A stretch of DNA of 60,941 bases, the filler included, from Platydemus manokwari (lineage: Eukaryota): NCBI GenBank assembly GCA_037951405.1. It is 6 parts of 6 records of this genome, joined end to end, with 100 filler letters (N's around TTAATTAATTAA, not from the genome) between each part and the next. Parts side by side here need not be neighbours in the genome. Positions count along the whole stretch, not along the records: positions 51,128 to 60,941 come from JBBMOY011201544.1; 5 more parts are not named here. One strand, written 5' to 3'. Positions 55,101 through 60,941 of the stretch are shown piece by piece. Within the stretch, counting starts at the first letter, position 1, and each line of letters starts with the position of its first letter. Made by a program: the position numbers and the translations under genes. Below the pieces are notes generated by a model. It was not told the origin of the DNA, did no database searches, and saw nothing but the letters and a program-made list of their open reading frames with translations.

Positions 55101-56215
55101 TGTCTATGCAATATTATCAATCATTCAATCCTACTATCTCCTCACGAGAAAGCATGATGTAATCAGAATGATGGCTGTGCACTCTCTATGTCAATCAGCA
55201 AAAACCGCAATCAATTGGATAAACTCACACATTCCTGAGACTCACAGAAGCAAAACATGGTGGGCGTAAAGTCCGTGAGGCGATCAAATATGAGGCGAAT
55301 AAACTCCAAACAATTGTTCGCTTTAGGACAATCAATGGTGTCATCATGCTCAGAATAGATCAAAATATCAGCTTCAATGGTCTTAGTTATACAAAGGCAG
55401 CGACAGTGGAACCAAAGAATATTAAACAATCTCCGAAACTTCTTCAACGGTGTCTCATTCAATCGTTCTAATGGAATGAACAAATCAGAAGCGGGTGATA
55501 CAATATCTTATGTAGTACGGTTAGCCCTATGTGGATGAAGACAGTATTTCATGACCACTTAACCATTATAGAGTTCGGATTCATCAACAAAGACAAACTG
55601 ATACCTTACCGACTTTGAATAAAAAATACATGGACTAAATGGCGTGCCGTAAATGTCTGTACCCAACGGAATCACAGACACACATTTTCTCAATCTGTAA
55701 ATCATTTAATTCGTTTGTAACTTTCAGGCACAATGAAGTTATGTAGATTGTAGCAAAGTGTGTGGAATATCATACCGATTATAGAATCTTAATAGATCAG
55801 AAATGTCAATTTGCTAACTCCAACCTTTGAGTCGACTTACAAATGATGAGTGACAGAAAATCTACCATGATGTTAGTTGACATCAAATGCCCTATGGACG
55901 AGTCAAGGGTAATTGATGAGGCAAATTAGAAAAACCCCACCAAGTACGACAATCTCAACAAAATGTCAAAAGGAACAAGCCAAAATTCACGGTCAAACTT
56001 CACACTTTGATAATGGGTGTGCTCGGAACATAGGTGAAGTCAAATTATGGAATTTTACGAAAATTGGAACTTATCCAGTAAGTCCTTCACAAACAAGCCA
56101 TGAAATCCATAAAGTCACATATCAATGCGTTGTACCTCCAATGGTAGTTCCACACTGGCAAAATAACCCCATATTGCCCCAAATCAATAAAAACAAGGGA
56201 TGATGACTATTTATA
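52140..56215 (+). mobile_element. Decayed NeSL-like RLE non-LTR retrotransposon with Ulp1-like peptidase
   Basis: PINVNNTHWTFF (His at 52737) and QCQNNNADC (Cys at 52940). RT motifs VPGRNNIGYKDI, IPKEWK, GSWTPI, CYKILTKIL, RGVRQGCP, LAYANEV, FKPSKC. CCHC CRKCLYPTESQTHIFSIC, RHNEV, RLE-like RVDLQ..VDIKCP. Boundaries approximate. Confidence 0.88.
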
Positions 56216-56229
56216 GTTGGTTCTTGACT

Positions 56230-57800
56230 CTGAGGACGATAGTTGAGCAATCAATTACTGGGCGTAGCAAAGAGAAATGTGAAAATAGTTTCAATTGCAA
56301 AAGAGAATCTGTTATAAGTCGTGATTTATTACGTCTAACCAATCAATTATTGTCTTTAATAGATATTTGTTTTTTTGTTTTTTTTATTGATTGAATAGGT
56401 GAATTCATGATAGAGGTAACTTAAGAAAATGAAAGCAATTTAACGATTTTGGGTTCTATATTCATAGAAATAACGACGAAAGGCATTACTAAAATAATAA
56501 AATCTTACGGGGCAGAAACTATAACTCCAAATGTAATACCTGGTATCGATATGACGAATGAATTCAATATAAAATTGAATATTAAAAATGTTGGGGTGAA
56601 TGTTAGCGTATTAGACGTGGAAATAGATAAAATTTGGAAAAGTATAAAGGTATTTTCATGAAAAATAAGTGAGACATAGATAAGACAGATCTTGTTGAGC
56701 ACCAAATCGTTACTAATTCTGCACTGATAACCATTAATCCTCGTAGGCAACCAATACATTTAGAAATCAAGATCAATTATTAAAGTAATGGAGAATATCG
56801 AAATAATTCGAAAATGCGTATCAGCGTGAAATACTCTATTTATGTGTATCACTAAGAAGAATATAGCTGATATAAGACTATGCATAGATTTTTTAGCCTT
56901 CTACGCTATAATCAAACAACCTTTGCTTCTCATTCTGAAAGTAAAAGAAACAATGAATATTTTAAATGGTGCCAAAATTTTCAATACTATTGACTTGGGT
57001 AATGCTTATTATCAAGTAGAACTAGAAGAATAATCTCAATTAAAGACTGTATTCTCAACGCCGAATAGGCAATTCTGTTTCAATTGAATGCGAGTTAGTA
57101 TTGCAGCAGCCCCAGTGACTTTTCAAAAGTCAATGACTCAAGGGCTGGGAACCCAGAACTGGAAGAAAGCAGTCTTAGATCTTGATGATAAATTAATCAT
57201 TGCGAAAAACGAAAAAGAACACCAGGAAAGATTAGAAAGAGTATTTCAAAGAATATATAATTCAGGACTAAAAAGTAGCCCAAAAAAATGCCATTTTATG
57301 AAACGTGAAATAAAATTATAAGAAAAGGCGGAATTTTAACTGACAAAGAGAAAATAAGACCAATACAGGAATTTGATAAACCTAAATGTGTTAAACGACT
57401 CAGAATTATTGATCATTTCAGCAAATGCACTTCATTGACAACGGTAGCCAACCAAGATGAATAAAAGCTGTGATATAAAAGAGTTCTAAAATTTGATGCT
57501 CCTAAAACGCTAGATAAAGATGGAGGGGGAGTCTTCGAATCCAAAGTTATTTCAGAGCTCTTGACAAAGTATCACATTGTATTGAAATAGTCAAGTCCTT
57601 ATAATCACAGTATCTACGGTCTGATTGAGTGAAAATTTCGAACAATACGTGAGTATTCAAGACAAGAAATATGCAAATTGGGTTGACCTATTGCATGATA
57701 TTGAATTTATGCTGAACGCAAAAATGCAAGAGTCGACGAAATTTTCAGAAAACGGAAATAGATTTTGGTATACATGTTTATAAAGACTGGCAAGAAAGAC
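56230..57800 (+). mobile_element. Gypsy pol relic (RT, partial integrase)
   Basis: IRLCIDF, GAKIFNTIDLGNAYYQVEL, KTVFSTP, AAAPVTFQ, LDLDDKLI, GLKSSPKKCHF. Integrase-like DGGGVFESK...SSPYNHSIYGLIE*KFRTIRE. Confidence 0.9.
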
Positions 57801-59720
57801 AAAGTAGAGAAAAAGATATAAATGAACATCGGTTGGTAAACAAGAGAAAACAGAATCAAATGATCAGTACTGATCAGTACTACTTACAAAAATGCACTTA
57901 TACAAGTCCTACTCAAAAACTTAACCAAAACCTGGTTTCCAAACGGTAATTGGCCATTTTTACATCGATATTTATACTCTTGTAATTTGTGTATCATGTT
58001 TGTATCAAATTTTTATTCGATTCATGATTTCCCATGTTCCTATTTGGCTTATTGGTTTTTGATAGAGTAGGTTTAGTCAATTCCTACCTGTGTGTTGGTG
58101 TGTGAATATGTCCCTTTTTCATTTACCATCTTACTCCGCTGTGATTGGTTGGTTGCTATGCCTGGTTAGTTATGTAGGCATGCAAATATTTAAATTACTG
58201 AAACTAGGGTTTTAAGGTGCAAATTCGTTTTTCTTTTATCTCACTTTATTTTTTCTCAATCAACAAAATCGAATAATAAATTTACAACATGTAATACCTG
58301 GTTAAGAATTATTTAAGCATTACTACTTTTATTCACCTACTCTTTATTATTACTATTTTCACTCCACTTTAGGTCCCACCGGATTTGAATGACATTATTA
58401 TTTACTACCTTACAAAAATCTACCACTGATTATTCTTTTGATGATTTCATTTTTCCTCTCGATTGATTTTATCTGTATGTTATATATTGACATTATATAT
58501 TGGAAAGTATTTTTATTAACATTTGAAGATGGAAAGAGCATCACAGGCTTCTGCTGATGAGTTTTAAGGGAAATATTTCTCAAAAACGCTAATATAAGTA
58601 GATAAATGTGGTAAATTACACTTACAAATTTATTATTTTTCATCAAAGGAATCAAATAGCACTGGTAAAATCATCATTGCTAAATTTCTTTCGATTATCA
58701 ACGATAAAAATTAGATAGCTAAGCAAATAAAAAGAAATAATAATTAAACCAACATTTAGAATTCTTTGGCATAGGAAATTTGAGTTTAAACTGTAAATCA
58801 ATTCTTCACTGAAGATTGAATATTGGTTCAACGATCTGTAAATTGGATAAATAATAACGACACCAATTTTGAAATGGACTACAATGTGTGCTAAGAATCA
58901 CGTCATATGATATCATATTTGCTTACTGTTGACGGAATAACTATCAACTCATTGTATTATAAAACTGTGCTACTACAGTATAAATTGATAATAATCAATA
59001 TTTAGTTGAGATTAATGACTTCACAGTTTTTAATAATTAAGTATATCCATTATTATTGATTTATATTTTATTGTATATAGTTTATCAAGGTGAAACCGGA
59101 TGAAAATGAAATAGAGCAAAAGCACGTAATATATTTCGAACGTCAAATTCAAGAATTATTTGTAATTAAAAGGGAAGAAAAAGTTTACAAAACTTTGTGC
59201 ATCATAGTATTTTTGAAATAATCATTCTATTTGATTAGAAGCTTACTACGGAATCATATGGCAAAGACTGTGATTGATGGAGTATTACAATTTAGCTTAC
59301 TGACCTAATTATTAATAGCCAATGTAGAGATTTTAAAAATTAAATTAAAAAGATTTTATAAATTTATTTGCTTTATAATTGTAATATATACGTAACTTTG
59401 TATCGTGACTTACAGGTGGCTTACAGTGAGAATATATATAGGGTACAATTCAAGACTAAATAATATTATTTAAATATCGCAAAGTTTATCTCAGAAATTA
59501 AAATGAATCATCATCAAACCTTTTTATAAAAAAGAGACATGAATTATTCTTGATGAAAATAGATGTGCAAAAGTAGAATCAATAATATCGCACCTTAAAA
59601 TTAGAAATCAAAATAATGATAAGTTAAATATTGTATTAAACATTACCAGAAACATTATAAAGTGTTAAGAGGTCAAGATACAATAAATAAATAAATAAAC
59701 TATCTTTTGTTGAAAAGTTA

Positions 59721-59777
59721 GTCCTATTTCGGCTCTCCATAGGTCTCATCAGTGTCCTAGTTCATAGATAAATAGGA
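59721..59777 (-). ncRNA. Degenerate type-III hammerhead ribozyme
   Basis: Minus strand: tcctat-t-tatcta tgaac taggaca-CTGATGA-gacctatggagagcc-GAAA-taggac. Core intact, stem III 6 bp, stems I and II imperfect. Deleted sister copy at 59846-59875. Confidence 0.65.
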
Positions 59778-60867
59778 AGATCTCTCGGAACCTTCAAGAA
59801 CAATAGCTACAATGGTGATGCTGGTAGTTTTATGATACGGATAGAGTCCTATTTCGAACCAGGGACATATAGGAATAAAAGAAATCTAGAAAATAACCAT
59901 TGGTTTATATCATAATTTTGGGACCGATTCATTAAATAACCCAAAATCTAGCATTACTAAAACGCTGACAGGCAATAAATTTCGACGCATTATTACCGTC
60001 AGAATAAATCCCATCGGAAAATGAAAAACCGATTCATAATGGATTACAGATTGAGCTACGTGTGTGATGGATGGTCGTAGCTCAATGTGATAATTAATTA
60101 AAAAAAATTTTATACTATAATTATTGATAATTATTATTTAAAGTACAGATTATCAACTATTATGAATAGTCGAAAATTTAATGCAAAATTTCAATAAAAA
60201 TAAAATTTTCTGTTCGAATTTAAAAATTTATTATAAAGTATGTCAAAGATATTTTGCATTGTATTGTCATGCTTTAGGTTGCCAAAGTGAGTACGAACCA
60301 GGCTACTCTGAATAAATCAATTCTGTCTTTATTTGTTTTAATTGACTAAGCATGATTGTTTAATTTAGTTTTAACTCTGTATTTCTATATTAAATACCAG
60401 CTTATATAACGATAGGTAAAACAGAAAAAATAAGTACATAAATATTAGGTAATGGAATTAGTGACAGTACTTTTCATTATAAAAATAACCCCAACCAAAA
60501 GAGATAATAAGAAATTATAATCGAATATAAGACCCAAAAATTCTATCACACAGGTTGTCGATAATCGAATTCAAGTATTTATTGAATAACTTATGACGTG
60601 CTACAGAAATTGATCATTTAATTTATTCGTAATCCAAGAATACGATTTGGATGTAAGGAGAATCGAATCAGAAGAAGAAAGCCTTTATAAAATAAATCGA
60701 ATGATTTCTGCAAGTCAATTGCGACTAAGGTCAATAATATTTAATAGAGACAAAATGATTGATTCTTTTTATTTAAAAGCATTAACTGTTATCGTCTAAC
60801 TACAATCAATAGTTCAATTCAAGGAGACTTTCCGGAGCAATAAAACTACTATTATTATTTAACCCTA

Positions 60868-60869
<2 letters not shown>

Positions 60870-60941
<72 letters not shown>
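60870..60941 (+). repeat. (ATT)n microsatellite
   Basis: Direct reading. Confidence 0.97.

Overview
Very AT-rich eukaryotic (metazoan) genomic DNA with mostly 43-61 nt GT-AG introns, (AAT)n microsatellites and dense decayed transposons. A free-living flatworm (planarian) is my best guess; this is inference and was not tested. The window is six contigs joined by artificial 100-nt spacers (N44-TTAATTAATTAA-N44), so adjacency across spacers is unverified. Host genes reconstructed by manual splicing: 3' part of a tandem C-type lectin (QPD domain plus EPN domain), complete V-ATPase V0 subunit d, two Ly6/uPAR (CD59-like) genes, and two-thirds of an SLC25A11-like mitochondrial carrier. Mobile DNA: an internally deleted Buster-type hAT with perfect 8-bp TSD, several mariner relics, Gypsy LTR relics, three RLE-type non-LTR relics (one with a Ulp1-like protease, apparently nested in a Gypsy), and many Penelope-like relics. 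Best unexplained signals: tandem decayed type-III hammerhead ribozymes at 59.7-59.9 kb, a dispersed/tandem 'upstream element + TATA' cassette (one copy precedes a U6-like sequence), and a fossil viral/env-like glycoprotein fragment at 26.2-26.6 kb. All homology calls are by-eye motif recognition; no searches were run.
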